From Podarcis cretensis (taxonomy: Eukaryota): a stretch of DNA of 64,000 bases. The stretch spans positions 53,382,001 through 53,446,000 of the forward strand of contig OX638151.1 of assembly GCA_951804945.1 (NCBI GenBank). The letters run 5' to 3'. Positions 63,523 through 64,000 of the stretch are shown here, piece by piece. Both the position numbers and the translations under genes were made by a program. The notes below the pieces were generated by a model. That model saw nothing but the letters and a program-made list of their open reading frames with translations. It made no database searches and was not told the DNA's origin. Each line of letters starts with the position of its first letter. The stretch's first letter is position 1.

Positions 63523-64000
63523 AGTTTTATTTCCTCTTTCTTTCTAAAGCCCTTACAGCCAATCTAGACTGTGGCACTGAGTGCCAACTTCCTCCTCTTC
63601 AGCACTGCACTTGCAGAACTGAGCAGGGAGGAAGATGAGGACAAAACTAGAATTTGTTGACTCTGATGTCACTAGTCAGGTTCCACCTCAATGGCCCCCA
63701 CCCAACACCAGCCCTGGGATTGCTGCTATAGAAGCATCCTGGGAAAGGGAAACCTAACACATTGATAAGGCTGCACGATGCTTATGGTTAGTAGTAAGGG
63801 AGAAATTCAGTTTGGTTTGCATTTTAATACAAAGCTACCTGGTTTGCACTTCCCAGAACAATAGACAAACCAAAGCATAGTTATCCTGCAAAATGTGCAC
63901 TTCTCTTAATTTTTGTAGTGCAATTCTTCAACCAGATAATGTGTATAAAAATACTTAGAAGAAAATGTACATGTATGTAAAAATTACATACTGTATGAAT

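Overview
AT-rich vertebrate DNA, almost certainly from a squamate and most likely a lacertid lizard. The evidence is its repeat content: Sauria SINEs, Bov-B (RTE) LINE 3' ends, Squam3-like and tRNA-Ile/CR1-tailed SINEs, CR1 and L1-type LINE fragments, a Penelope pLTR remnant, and many TA-flanked Tc1/mariner-type and 8-bp-TSD hAT-type MITEs. No complete protein-coding gene is visible, so the window looks like a large intron or intergenic region. Nearly all listed ORFs are chance or TE-derived. Non-repeat highlights are one candidate first coding exon on the minus strand (33025-33238) and several CpG- and motif-rich unique blocks resembling enhancers (16.4, 25.5-26.4, 41.4, 48.5 kb). The most unusual structure is a compound retro-insertion at 58825-59857: a ~445-bp inverted copy of local DNA from 23482-23900 sits between two Bov-B 3' ends inside one apparent TSD. 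A degenerate minimal hammerhead ribozyme lies in the Penelope remnant at about 10300. All calls are by eye; repeat family names are from memory of consensus sequences and are not database-verified.
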